In this document: one piece after another, positions 48,946-60,565 of the stretch
Layout: every line of letters starts with the position of its first letter
How positions within the stretch are numbered: the stretch's first letter is position 1
NCBI GenBank assembly: GCA_004431415.1
Contig: QPMI01000082.1
Span: 13,029 to 77,028, forward strand
Direction of reading: 5' to 3'
Length of the DNA: 64,000 bases
Source: Cyanophora paradoxa CCMP329
Lineage: Eukaryota > Plantae > Glaucophyta
Translations under genes and position numbers: made by a program
Notes under the pieces: generated by a model
What the model saw: the letters and a program-made list of their open reading frames with translations, nothing else
Told to the model about the DNA's origin: nothing
Databases searched by the model: none

Positions 48946-49434
48946 ATGCTCGCGCGTGCGGCCTTAAGGACAGCGTGCGTGGCGGGCGCGCGGAGCGGGC
49001 TGCGGATTTGCGCTCTGCAAGCATGTAGCCGCTCACCGGCGACGCCGGCGCTCCGCTCGTTTACGTCGACGCGCACGCCATCATCCTCTGCGCAAGCGGT
49101 GGGCGCGCCGGCGCCACAGAGCTCGAGCGCCGACTTCGAGACAAGTCGTCGTGCTCTTCTGTTTCGTAGCCAGATGCGTGGCGTTCTCGAGCTGGATCTC
49201 CTGCTCGGAAACTGGACGGCTAAGAACATCAAGCGCCTGAACGAGCACGAGCTGCGGGAACTAGACGCCGTGCTACTTGTCGAAAATCCCGACTTACAGA
49301 AGTGGTTATTTGGCATTGAGGCCGTTCCGGAGACATTCGCCGACAACTCCGTGCTTGCCGACATCATCGCCTGGGTCAAGACCAGGCCAAGGCCCCGCCC
49401 CTACCACGGAAATCAGGGCAAGGAGTTCTTCTGA
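48946..49434 (+). CDS. SDHAF2: Succinate dehydrogenase assembly factor 2 (Sdh5), mitochondrial, intronless
   Basis: Presequence, then RRALLFRSQMRGVLELDLLLG..LLVENPDLQKW. Confidence 0.9.
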   Translation: MLARAALRTACVAGARSGLRICALQACSRSPATPALRSFTSTRTPSSSAQAVGAPAPQSSSADFETSRRALLFRSQMRGVLELDLLLGNWTAKNIKRLNEHELRELDAVLLVENPDLQKWLFGIEAVPETFADNSVLADIIAWVKTRPRPRPYHGNQGKEFF

Positions 49435-49607
49435 TAGCAATTCTTCAGTTTGTAGAAGTAGAACGGATACGAACTTAGCAATATAATTTGCATTTTTATG
49501 TGGTTGTAAAACACGAAACATTGAATGATTTTCGGTAACGTCATTATTCTCACCAGTTAGTGAGTTTTCATCATAACCTACTTTGAACCAGCTTATCATG
49601 ACTGTTC

Positions 49608-49890
49608 GCATTTGGACACGTACTTAAGACGCAGGTCCGGGCTACAAGTGTGGGAATGTACACTGCGGCCGCCGCGGCCGCGGGCCCAGCCCACCGAGCT
49701 CACGCTCGGCCGGCCAGGCCCATAGCTACAGGTGCCCGCATGCGCGGCGTGGTGCTGCATCGCGTCTTGTGGCGGCGGGGGTCGTCTCGGGGCGGTGGCG
49801 GGAGCCCCTACAGGCCCTGTAGGGGGCCCGACATGGAGTCAGCCTGCGGACGGGGCGCGAAAAGGGGTCAGATCGAAATCGAAAGGTCTT
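49608..49890 (+). repeat. GCATTTGG-initiated dispersed repeat, copy A (longest)
   Basis: GCATTTGGACAC..GTCCGGGCTACAAGTGTGGGAATGTACACTGCGGCC..GGGCCCAGCCCAC.GAGCTCACGCTCGGCC..GCATCG.GTCTTG; the distal part recurs at about 49970-50112. Confidence 0.85.
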
Positions 49891-50239
49891 GAGATCCAAA
49901 TGAAATCAAACGGGGGCGCACTCGATCGACGAGCCTCCCACCCAGAGGAGCGCCTGCGCGGGCGGACCAGGGCACCTGCACGCGCGGTGCGCACCTGGGG
50001 CGCGTCTTGGGCGGGAGCCCCTACGGGCCCTGGGAGCTCGAGGGACCCGAGATGGAGTCAGCCTGCGCCGGACCGGAGGGCGAAAAAGGGGGTCATATCG
50101 ATATATCGAAAAAAAAGGTTGTGAATTCAAGCCTTAAGGCGATCAGAATCAGAGTTGCGATTACGATCAGACTCAGAGTTGCGATTACGATCAGAAGCGC
50201 TGTGGTAGGAGGTCCGGCCGTGCCGTAGCGTAAAAAGGA

Positions 50240-50472
50240 GCATTTGGTCAGGTACTAATTATAACCGTTAAACGGCTATGTGGTACTGTGCACTGCGACC
50301 GCCGTTCCCGCGGGCCCAGCCCACCAGCTAGCTGGCGCCGGTCAGCCGGGCCCCGGGCCCTGCTTTGCCCCCTAAGGAGAGCCTCGGAGTAATGCGCCTC
50401 CCTGCGAACACTAGCGCTAGCTATAGGTGCTCGCACGGTGAGTGCTGCATCGTATCTTGGGAGGTGTTCGAC
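50240..50472 (+). repeat. GCATTTGG-initiated dispersed repeat, copy B
   Basis: Aligns by eye to copies A and C (GTGCACTGCG, GGGCCCAGCCCAC, CCCTAAGGA, AGCTATAGGT.CTCGCACGG, ATCGTATCTTGGGAGGTG). Confidence 0.8.
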
Positions 50473-50986
50473 TAGTTTCTGATAGCTAGTTCTAAAATTA
50501 AAGGTGCCCGCATGGCGGCGAGTACTAGTTTAAGTATTCGGTTTCAAGTTGTAGGGCGTTTTCAATTTCCCGGGGCCTCCAGGAACCCCAACTGCCCAAG
50601 AACAACGCGTCACCCGTACGCGTCACACATGCGGTTTAGGCCGTGCGGGGGTGTACGGGCCTCGTGGGGAATGGCCGGGACGGCAAAGGCGAGGGCCTCA
50701 CCTTCCTATGTGTCGCCCACACATACGTAGTTCATCGATGCAGCTAGCTGGCCGCTAGCTTGCGTGTCTACGATGAACGCAAGAACTCCCACCACCAGAA
50801 TTTGCTCCCGTCACGTGTGCAGCCTTGCTGGGAAGAAGCACAAACAGGCGTAGGTCACAGCAGATCAAATCGCAGATCAAAGCTAAAACTTCCTAATCGT
50901 AATCGCAATCGCAATGGTCATGAGGTTTGGATCTGAGTTTCGTCCAGTACTGCAAAGTAGTCATTATGCAGTCTGTGCGATGGACA

Positions 50987-51570
50987 TCAGAAAGTCTTTC
51001 AGAATAATGTGGATGGAGCACGGCACCTTCCATATGAGGATTTTATGCACACCGCTCTGACAGAGCATCATACTCTTGGTGTCATGTGTTATGCTAGCCG
51101 CAAAGTGCAAGCCTGAGACAATGTCGGTGAACGAACCAGGCCCGAGTTTTCGGGCAGCTCGCACCTGCTATTACGTGCCAGCTCGACGGCGCGTACTTTG
51201 TCTCGAACTCCTTCTTTATGACAAGCGCGACGTCTTTGTCCGCGCAATTCTTCCTGTTTGGGAGCATGAAACCTCACAAACGCGGGGCTTCTGCATCCTC
51301 ACCCGTCTTTTTTCTGTAGGCCACGCTGAATTGCCTCAATGCCGAAATCCCGCATCTCCTGCGGCAGGTCAGGACAGGCGTACTGGTCTACTGGCCAGCC
51401 TAGGCCTATAGCCCCGGCTGTGAAATCGAACTCGAAATAGCGCTGCCGTAGCGAAGCGTAGCTAGCTAAGCGCGCAAGGATGAGCGCACCTGGTCCATGT
51501 CAGTTTGCAGGACCTTGACATGTCGTACCTTTGGAGGTTCATCCTTCTTCACTGGCGCCGCTGTGGCCAT
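50987..51570 (-). CDS. Dynein light chain, LC8 family (axonemal-type paralog), multi-exon
   Basis: DKDVALVIKKEFETKY..SWHVIAG|LHFAASITHDTK..KILIWK. Confidence 0.8.
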
Positions 51571-52009
51571 GTGTGACGATCCGTACGGCCGCGGCCACAC
51601 TACTAGAAGCTGTCCTACTTGTTCTTCTTACTACTTGTCGACTGTACTTTCGACTGTGATCAGAGGCGACGGCGTGGTTGGATCGTCTAGCCGCTTTTGG
51701 CCCAATGGGTACGGGAATCAAATTAGGTCCGGGCGGCGGGTGCGGCCCGAACGTCGGCGTGTCTTTTTCTTGCGCGCTCTCTTTCTCTATCTTTCTATCT
51801 TTTTCGGCCGGGGCGCCGGCGGCGGTCCTGGCTGATTGCAAGCGCGCGCTGATACACGGGCGGACTACGGACTACGCTAGAGCTAGCTGCGGCGGTGCTA
51901 CCTACAAAGCGAGAAGCTGCGGAAGAGACGACGCAGCAGGGCCCTCTGAAGCCGGCCGTGGGGCCGTCCGGCAACTCGGAGTCTCGTCGACTCGGCTGCG
52001 CGAGAAACG

Positions 52010-52599
52010 ATGGAAGCCATGCTCGTTTCCATGAACGGAGAGCTGCACGGAGCAATCCAGGATGTGCTTGCAGTCAGTAGCATGCCCGCCGCAGGGCCGC
52101 TCAGCGACGAGGAGCTCGGTGCGTGGCCACCGCACTTCGCCCCGCGTGTGCGCGAGCTCGACACGGGCCGCAGACATGCGCCTGCGCGCACACACGCGAA
52201 GGTTCCTAGAAGAGGCGGTCATGCTGGAGGAGCGCCTAGCACAAGCGACAAGTGAGCGGAGACAGACGGGCCCTGCCGGGGTCCGGCTGGTGAGACTCTT
52301 GGTCGAGGAACCGCCTGCATCCCAAGCCTGAACGCCTCCTGCAGGAGATCGCGGAGTTGGAACGAGAGCTGGCGCAAAAGGACGCGCTCCTGCTGAAATA
52401 CTCGGCGAAGATACGCGCATGGATGCAGGAGTGGCAGGATATCTGCGTGGGTGCGGACTCCGTCCTCAATCCAGCGAAGCCGGCGCAATCGCAACCACTG
52501 CCGTCACCCCAAGCCCTCGCCGCCACAGCCGCCACATTCTCCGGCACAGTAGATGGGGACGAGCCGGAAGCCAAGAAAATGCGCATCGAAGGAACGTAG
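52010..52599 (+). CDS. MED28: Mediator subunit 28-like
   Basis: HTRRFLEEAV..|EIAELERELAQKDALLLKYSAKIRAW fits the Med28 C-terminal helix pattern. Confidence 0.6.
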
Positions 52600-52631
52600 G
52601 TCACCCAATACATTATTTGGACCCAATACAT

Positions 52632-52764
52632 CATTTGGACTACAAGTGTGGGAATGTGCACTGCGTAATCGCAATCAAAGACGTCCGACCTAAGCTCAGT
52701 CGCCCACCCTCTAATCGTAATTGATTTAATTGCAGTTTGATTTAATTAATTCGTGTCCAAATGC
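52632..52764. repeat. Inward-facing pair of truncated repeat copies (D on +, F on -) enclosing 33-nt-family units
   Basis: CATTTGGACTACAAGTGTGGGAATGTGCACTGCG at 52632; TCGTGTCCAAATGC at 52751-52764. Confidence 0.75.
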
Positions 52765-52924
52765 TAATGTCGATCGAGGTTGGACGGAATTGTAGGTATT
52801 AGGCAATATTATATAAAGCCTTAATGTCGACAGTAGGCAAGGGCGGCACTCGACCGATGGAGCGAACAGAGAAAGAGATGTGGTGCTAGTTGACAACTAG
52901 CGAACATCACGTGGAGCAGCAGCC

Positions 52925-53332
52925 CTACGTGGACGCTGCGGGGCCTGGCGGCGCTTGCGAGATGACGGGCCCCAGCTTACGCGTAGGCTGCCTACATTCT
53001 GGCTTTGTGCAGTATATGTGCGGCTGCTTGGGCTTGCCGCACACGCCACAATCGCTGATGGAGAAATTCGGCTTGAGGCCCTTGTTGGCGCTCCGCATCC
53101 GACTCCTGGAATGCGACACCTTCTTCTTCGGCACCGCCATGAGTACGAGGTTCTTGAGAAACGAGAGCGGCCCCTCGCTCACAGCCTCGCCGATCGCTGC
53201 TGGAAGCGCTGGTAGCACCGGCAGCGCCGGCAGTGCCAGCGCGGCGTGCGCCGGGGTAGATACCGATGGCCGAAGCAGCGCACCCGCGAGCGCCGTCCGA
53301 AGTGTCAGGAGCGCCGCCATCTGCGAAAGCAT
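52925..53332 (-). CDS. MRPL32: Mitochondrial ribosomal protein bL32m, intronless
   Basis: Presequence, then LMAVPKKKVSHSRSRMR..CGVCGKPKQPHIYC. Confidence 0.9.
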   Translation of the reverse strand: MLSQMAALLTLRTALAGALLRPSVSTPAHAALALPALPVLPALPAAIGEAVSEGPLSFLKNLVLMAVPKKKVSHSRSRMRSANKGLKPNFSISDCGVCGKPKQPHIYCTKPECRQPTRKLGPVISQAPPGPAAST

Positions 53333-53581
53333 CGTTAGGGTCGGGCGCCGGAGCGACGCCGCTAGCGGCAAAGAGATGCGGGCATTTACTGAATGCTAGC
53401 GCCGCGCACGTTTGGCAATGTGGCGGCACCAAGATGTCCGGCGGGGTCTCTCTGGGGGTGACCGGGGGGGTCAGGGAAACGGGGTACAGCTCACTGCGGG
53501 AGAGCCAGACAATTTGTCCGCAGCGCTGTCGCCGCTGCGGCCGCTGCGGAGGGCCAGCCGGAGCTGTTCGAAACCCGCTGC

Positions 53582-54297
53582 ATGAATCTTAGTCCTGGAG
53601 CGACATCTGACCGCTCTGATGCCAGCGCTCCAGACAGAGCTGTACGTGCTTGTACATGGGATATTCATCTCATCGCGCTCGTGTGCGGACTTCCCGGGGC
53701 CGGCAAGACAACGATTTCGGCGCGCCTGGAAGAGCTGGCCCGCGCGCGCGGGGTGAAAACTTCTCTCATCAGCTTCGATAACGTCTTTGACAGCCTAGGT
53801 GCGAGCGTACGTCTCCTGCGTCGACAGCCAAAGCGCTCAACGGCCTGCTCAGACGAAAGCGATGGGGGCTGGATGGCACGATGGCGTAGAGCGCGCGACG
53901 CGGTCTGGGAGAGCGCGGAGAAGCTCCTTCAGAGCGTGGAGAAGCTCCTCTTGATAATAGATGACAATATGTACTATAAAAGCATGCGTCACGAGTACTT
54001 CCAGCTCGCCCGGAAGCGTGAGTTTGCGCGCGGCCTTCAGCCGCTCCGAAAGCTGGATCCGCTTGACTTGCCGCAGATTCTGCAGCTTTCTGCATCGTGC
54101 ACGTGTTTGCAGACGACCAGACCCGCGGCATTCGAAATTCCCAGCGTGCATGCCCTGTCGATGCTGACACAATGATGAGAATGAGCCATCGAATGGAGGT
54201 TCCAGGCAACGGAAAAAAGACATGGGAAACTCATGTTCTTCACTTGGAAACCACTGGAGCGGAATTGGTTTGGTGCTCGACCTAACCCTAGCAACTC

Positions 54298-54342
<45 letters not shown>

Positions 54343-54794
54343 CCTGGGCTTACGAAATGTTCAGCTCAGCCGAGACCGCATGGTCTTTTCTGTGTAGTAC
54401 ACTCCGAAAGGGTCCTGTGCCTTCTTTGGCATCGGAGGCAGAAATGGAAGAGCAGGTATCTGATTGAAGGGGCATGTTGGTATTTTTGGCTCAAGTGTGA
54501 AAACCCCTATGCGCCGTGCAGGAAGCAAGCAGAAGGGCCACCGCTGCAAGCAGTTTACACCAAGCGGATCTCTGCCTTCGGCGCTGCATCAACCTGCAGG
54601 TTCTCACTGCAAGAAAGGAGCAGAAGCATGCAACAGAGGTCGCACAGCTGGCCCTGATCCTCAACAAGGCAAGAAAGAAGGTCCTCGCAGATGCTTCCTT
54701 GCTGGCATTAGCAGCTGGCGATGGAAAAGGCGAAGAGAAGGATATCGATAGGTTCATGAAGCTGCTGTTGTCTGAGCATTTGGACACGAACTAA
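53582..54794 (+). CDS. PSTK: O-phosphoseryl-tRNA(Sec) kinase, multi-exon
   Basis: VCGLPGAGKTT, ISFD, IIDDNMYYKSMRHEYFQLARK, RNSQR, RMEVP..WE, LHQADLCLRRCI. Confidence 0.85.
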
Positions 54795-54830
54795 ATCCGG
54801 CTACAAGTGTGGGATGTACATGTACACTGC
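54776..54830 (+). repeat. GCATTTGG-initiated repeat, copy E, overlapping the PSTK stop
   Basis: GCATTTGGACACGAACTAAATCCGGCTACAAGTGTGGGATGTAC..ACTGC. Confidence 0.8.
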
Positions 54831-55085
54831 TGTGCCATTGTGATGCAAACGCGTTCGGTAACCGTAGCGTACGCGCGCATGTCGCACGGCCGCACCGAGG
54901 GAGTGTTCATCGTCGCGTCCGTAGTCTGGTGCGCGCGTCAGTGTGCTGTACAGCAACAGCAACGCGTATGGTAGTGTAAACTACCTCGACCTCAGGCGTA
55001 TGTGGCTGGTCGGCGCGGCTAGCGCTGGTCTGTTGTTAGCGTGCAGGGGTACGCATGAAGACCAGCCTGCGCGACTTTCATTAAT

Positions 55086-55230
55086 TTCGTCCAATTTTCG
55101 TCCAAATGGTACGTACTTTCGTCCAACTTCCGTCCAATTGCATATGGTACTTTCGTCCAACTTTCGTCTAATTTTCGTCCAAATGGTACTTTCGTCCAAC
55201 TTCCGTCCAACTTTCACTTTTTCGTCCAAC
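55086..55230. repeat. TTCGTCCAA tandem array (10-11 imperfect copies)
   Basis: Repeated (T/C)TTCGTCCAA with ATGGTAC linkers, abutting the 33-nt-family unit at 55220. Confidence 0.9.
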
Positions 55231-55514
55231 CCCTGATCGTAATCGCAGATCAATTGCAAGGACGTCCTAATCGTAATCGCAATCGCAGATCAAAGCTAAG
55301 ACGGTTAGGGTTAGGGAAATCTTTCAAAACCTTTGCGAGCTACAACATATTCGAGGTCGCTGCTTCCAAATTTCAAGAGATGCTCGGGCACGGAGCTCTC
55401 TAGCTATAGCTATATATAGATCACTGCAGGCGTACAATGGCTGAACCTGTTGGTAGGCGCGTTTAGTCAAGTCGACGGGACAGGGCTGGCCTGCAGGCTA
55501 GCTTGAATGCGACG

Positions 55515-55728
55515 CCGACCACCTCCCAAGATACGATATCGCGTTGATGCCGTGCGAGTACCTATAGCTACTGTTCCGAGGGAGGCTCATTACTGTCCTT
55601 AGGGGGCCACACAGGGCCCGACTGGCCGAGCGTGAGCTCAGTGGGCTGGGCCAGCGGAGACGGTGGCCGCAGTGCACATTTCCACACTTGAAGCCCGGAC
55701 TTTGCGGATTGGGTATGTGGCCAAATGC
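55515..55728 (-). repeat. GCATTTGG-initiated dispersed repeat, copy C
   Basis: The reverse complement reads GCATTTGGCCAC..GTCCGGGCTTCAAGTGTGGAAATGTGCACTGCGGCC..GGCCCAGCCCACTGAGCTCACGCTCGGCC..ATCGTATCTTGGGAGGTG. Confidence 0.85.
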
Positions 55729-55739
55729 TGCTTCGTTCA

Positions 55740-56432
55740 TCAAGCTGCATCTTTTCCAGATATTCTCCCCGAAATAGCATCTCCTAGGGTGCCAATGGCC
55801 AATTCTTGAGCAGATACTTTGTAGTGCTGTAAGAAGACTGTGAGTCTGAGCGATGCTGCACGATCTTGGACAGCGAAATGGCGCACTTTCTTGATGAAAG
55901 CCTCGTCAATATCAGTTCCGAGCAAGCTCAAAGGAACGAGGTCACCCTCTACAAGCGCACAAACTTCACTCTCCTGCACTGCATCAGATGTTTATACGCG
56001 CAAACACAATACACGTGCCACGGCTTACCACGTCTGACTTTGCGTCGAATGAAGCGACGACGAGGCGCTTGCAGTCATCTGTGATGCCGAATTTGCGCAG
56101 CGTCTCCGCAATCTGTGACATACGTCTTCTCCGCGACGCGTGGCGGGCGTGCGGCGAGCGCGGATGCGCACACTGTGCACTGCGCCGAGGTTGTATACGA
56201 GCTCGGAGTGGACATTGCGGGTTGTCAGCTTGCCCACCTCCTGCGCTGCGACCGCCTTATTTGCCGCGACCAGGACCGAGAGAGCGTCCACGACAAGCCT
56301 TGCGTTGATGAACGCGTACTCCAGGTCCCCGGCGAGCAGACGCTTGCGTATCTCGGCAGCGTTGCGCACGTTGTTGAAGAGCGCAAGGTAAATAGATCGA
56401 GACGGGAAGAGGTCGAACGTGAAGGTCGACAT
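55740..56432 (-). CDS. TPRKB: KEOPS/EKC subunit CGI-121 (TPRKB), multi-exon
   Basis: LALFNNVRNAAEIRK, AFINARLVVD..VLVAANKA, LTTRNVHSELVYNL, IAETLRKFGI, IKK|HYKVS. Confidence 0.92.
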
Positions 56433-57078
56433 CCTGCACCAGCTGCGCCTCCAACCCTACTCTTCTTCTCGGATGAGCGCTAGCTGTGAAGACCCGCCGC
56501 CTTAAGCTTTCCCGTGCTGGTACGTTTGCGTGTCGAGCTTATCCGACGGCCGATTGCTGGGGTTCCGGTCGGAAACTTTTCCGGAAAACAGTGCGTGCTT
56601 CGGTACACGGGTGACGGGTATGGGGGGGGGGGGGGGGGGGGGGGGAGGTATACTCTGACAGAAACAGCTGTCACAGTGTCTTCGAATTCAGAGAGGGCTG
56701 TTGGCCCTTGGCCCTCTTCAGGCCGAGAACGTAGACAGGCCCTTGGCCTTGGCCCTCTCTGCCTTCAACGTAGACAGAGCTAGCTAGCTGTGTACTACGC
56801 CTGTCTGGGCTACGCATAGGAAGGTGCGGCCCTCGCTGTTGCCAGCCCGTATAAGTAAGGGGAGTAACGCTCCACCCCCGCACAGCCTATAGCTAAGCTG
56901 TGCGCCTGTCGTGTGCAGCATCACGTCGTCGTTCTTGGGTAGGGGGAGTTCCTGCGCATGCAGGCCCGGCGGGGCCGGGGCCCGTCGGTAGCCTGCGCGG
57001 GGCGGCGCACGCGTGGAGGGGGGTCAGATCGGAATTGAAGCGCCCTGAAATCGAAATCGAAATCGAAGTCGCGCACTC

Positions 57079-57723
57079 GGGGTAGGGTTAGGGTTAGGGT
57101 TAGGGTTAGGGTTAGGGTTAGGGTTAGGTTAGTTGGGTTAGGGTTAGGGTTAGGGTTAGGGTTAGGGTAGGGTTAGGGTTAGGGTTAGGGTTAGGGTTAG
57201 GGTTAGGTTAGGGTTAGGGTTAGGGTTAGGGTTAGGGTTAGGGTTAGGGTTAGGGTTAGGGTTAGGGTTAGGTTAGGGTTAGGTAGGGTTAGGGTTAGGG
57301 TTAGGGTTAGGGTTAGGGTTAGGGTTAGGGTTAGGGTTAGGTTAGGGTTAGGGTTAGGGTTAGGGTTAGGGTTAGGGTTAGGGTTAGGTTAGGGTTAGGG
57401 TTAGGGTTAGGGTTAGGGTTAGGGTTAGGGTTAGGGTTAGGGTTAGGGTTAGGGTTAGGGTTAGGGTTAGGGTTAGGGTTAGGGTTAGGGTTAGGGTTAG
57501 GGTTAGGGTTAGGGTTAGGGTTAGGGTTAGGGTTATGGTTAGGGTTAGGGTTAGGGTTAGGGTTAGGGTTAGGGTTAGGGTTAGGGTTAGGGTTAGGGTT
57601 AGGGTTAGGGTTAGGGTTAGGGTTAGGGTTAGGGTTAGGGTTAGGGTTAGGGTTAGGGTTAGGGTTAGGGTTAGGGTTAGGGTTAGGTTAGGGTTAGGGT
57701 TAGGGTTAGGGTTAGGGTTAGGG

Positions 57724-57764
<41 letters not shown>

Positions 57765-57855
57765 GGTTAGGGTTAGGGTTAGGGTTAGGGTTAGGGTTAG
57801 GGTTAGGGTTAGGGTTAGGGTTAGGGTTAGGGTTAGGGTTAGGGTTAGGTTAGGG

Positions 57856-57896
<41 letters not shown>

Positions 57897-58215
57897 GGTT
57901 AGGGTTAGGGTTAGGGTTAGGGTTAGGGTTAGGGTTAGGGTTAGGGTTAGGGTTAGGGTTAGGGTTAGGGTTAGGGTTAGGGTTAGGGTTAGGGTTAGGG
58001 TTAGGGTTAGGGTTAGGGTTAGGGTTAGGTTAGGGTTAGGGTTAGGGTTAGGGTTAGGGTTAGGGTTAGGGTTAGGGTTAGGGTTAGGGTTAGGGTTAGG
58101 GTTAGGGTTAGGGTTAGGGTTAGGGTTAGGGTTAGGGTTAGGGTTAGGGTTAGGGTTAGGGTTAGGGTTAGGGTTAGGGTTAGGGTTAGGGTTAGGGTTA
58201 GGGTTAGGGTTAGGG

Positions 58216-58256
<41 letters not shown>

Positions 58257-59594
58257 GGTTAGGGTTAGGGTTAGGGTTAGGGTTAGGGTTAGGGTTAGGG
58301 TTAGGGTTAGGGTTAGGTTTAGGGTTAGGGTTAGGGTTAGGGTTAGGGTTAGGGTTAGGGTTAGGGTTAGGGTTAGGGTTAGGGTTAGGGTTAGGGTTAG
58401 GGTTAGGGTTAGGGTTAGGGTTAGGGTTAGGGTTAGGGTTAGGGTTAGGGTTAGGGTTAGGGTTAGGGTTAGGGTTAGGGTTAGGGTTAGGGTTAGGTTA
58501 GGGTTAGGGTTAGGGTTAGGGTTAGGGTTAGGGTTAGGGTTAGGGTTAGGGTTAGGGTTAGGGTTAGGGTTAGGGTTAGGTTAGGGTTAGGGTTAGGGTT
58601 AGGGTTAGGGTTAGGGTTAGGGTTAGGGTTAGGGTTAGGGTTAGGGTTAGGGTTAGGGTTAGGGTTAGGGTTAGGGTTAGGGTTAGGGTTAGGGTTAGGG
58701 TTAGGGTTAGGGTTAGGGTTAGGGTTAGGGTTAGGGTTAGGGTTAGGGTTAGGGTTAGGGTTAGGGTTAGGGTTAGGGTTAGGGTTAGGGTTAGGGTTAG
58801 GTTAGGGTTAGGGTTAGGGTTAGGTTAGGGTTAGGGTTAGGGTTAGGGTTAGGGTTAGGGTTAGGGTTAGGGTTAGGGTTAGGGTTAGGGTTAGGGTTAG
58901 GGTTAGGGTTAGGGTTAGGGTTAGGGTTAGGGTTAGGGTTAGGGTTAGGTTAGGGTTAGGGTTAGGGTTAGGGTAGGTTAGGGTTAGGGTTAGGGTTAGG
59001 GTTAGGGTTAGGGTTAGGGTTAGGGTTAGGGTTAGGGTTAGGGTTAGGGTTAGGGTTAGGGTTAGGGTTAGGGTTAGGGTTAGGGTTAGGGTTAGGGTTA
59101 GGGTTAGGGTTAGGGTTAGGGTTAGGGTTAGGGTTAGGGTTAGGTTAGGGTTAGGGTTAGGGTTAGGTTAGGTTAGGGTTAGGTTAGGTTAGGGTTAGGG
59201 TTAGGGTTAGGGTTAGGGTTAGGGTTAGGGTTAGGTTAGGGTTAGGGTTAGGGTTAGGGTTAGGTTAGGGTTAGGGTTAGGGTTAGGGTTAGGGTTAGGG
59301 TTAGGGTTAGGTTAGGGTTAGGGTTAGGGTTAGGGTTAGGGTTAGGGTTAGGGTAGGTTAGGGTTAGGGTTAGGGTAGGTTAGGGTTAGGGTTAGGGTTA
59401 GGGTTAGGGTTAGGGTTAGGGTAGGGTTAGGGTTAGGGTTAGGGTTAGGGTAGGGTTAGGGTTAGGGTTAGGGTAGGGTTAGGGTTAGGGTTAGGGTTAG
59501 GGTTAGGGTTAGGGTTAGGGTAGGTAGGGTTAGGTTAGGGTTAGGGTTAGGGTTAGGGTTAGGGTTAGGGTTAGGGTTAGGGTTAGGGTTAGGG

Positions 59595-59630
<36 letters not shown>

Positions 59631-60182
59631 TTAGGTTAGGGTTAGGGTTAGGGTTAGGGTTAGGGTTAGGGTTAGGGTTAGGGTTAGGGTTAGGGTTAGG
59701 GTTAGGGTTAGGTTAGGGTTAGGGTTAGGTTAGGGTTAGGTTAGGGTTAGGGTTAGGGTTAGGGTTAGGTAGGTTAGGGTTAGGGTTAGGGTTAGGGTTA
59801 GGGTTAGGGTTAGGGTTAGGGTTAGGGTTAGGGTTAGGGTTAGGTTAGGGTTAGGGTTAGGGTTAGGGTTAGGGTTAGGGTTAGGGTTAGGGTTAGGGTT
59901 AGGGTTAGGGTTAGGTAGTTAGGGTTAGGGTTAGGTTAGGGTTAGGGTTAGGGTTAGGGTTAGGGTTAGGGTTAGGGTTAGGGTTAGGGTTAGGGTTAGG
60001 GTTAGGGTTAGGGTTAGGGTTAGGGTTAGGGTTAGGGTTAGGGTTAGGGTTAGGGTTAGGGTTAGGGTTAGGGTTAGGGTTAGGGTTAGGGTTAGGGTTA
60101 GGGTTAGGGTTAGGGTTAGGGTTAGGGTTAGGGTTAGGGTTAGGTTAGGGTTAGGGTTAGGGTTAGGGTTAGGGTTAGGTTA

Positions 60183-60213
<31 letters not shown>

Positions 60214-60524
60214 GGTTAGGGTTAGGGTTAGGGTTAGGGTTAGGTAGGGTTAGAGGTTAGGGTTAGGGTTAGGGTTAGGGTTAGGGTTAGGGTTAGGTTA
60301 GGGTTAGGGTTAGGGTTAGGGTTAGGGTTAGGGTTAGGGTTAGTTAGGGTTAGGGTTGGTAGGGTTAGGGTTAGGGTTAGGGTTAGGGTTAGGGTTAGGG
60401 TTAGGTTAGGGTTAGGGTTAGGGTTAGGGTTAGGGTTAGGGTTAGGGTTAGGGTTAGGTTAGGGTTAGGGTTAGGGTTAGGGTTAGGGTTAGGGTTAGGG
60501 TTAGGGTTAGGGTTAGGGTTAGGG

Positions 60525-60565
<41 letters not shown>

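Noticed and set aside
54282-54340. CCTAACCCTA plus (CT)n inside PSTK
   Set aside because: A short intronic microsatellite and under two telomere units; too short to interpret.
57535-58584. 349-aa [15 protein letters not shown]
   Set aside because: It is a translation of telomeric repeats opened by a single TTATGG variant.
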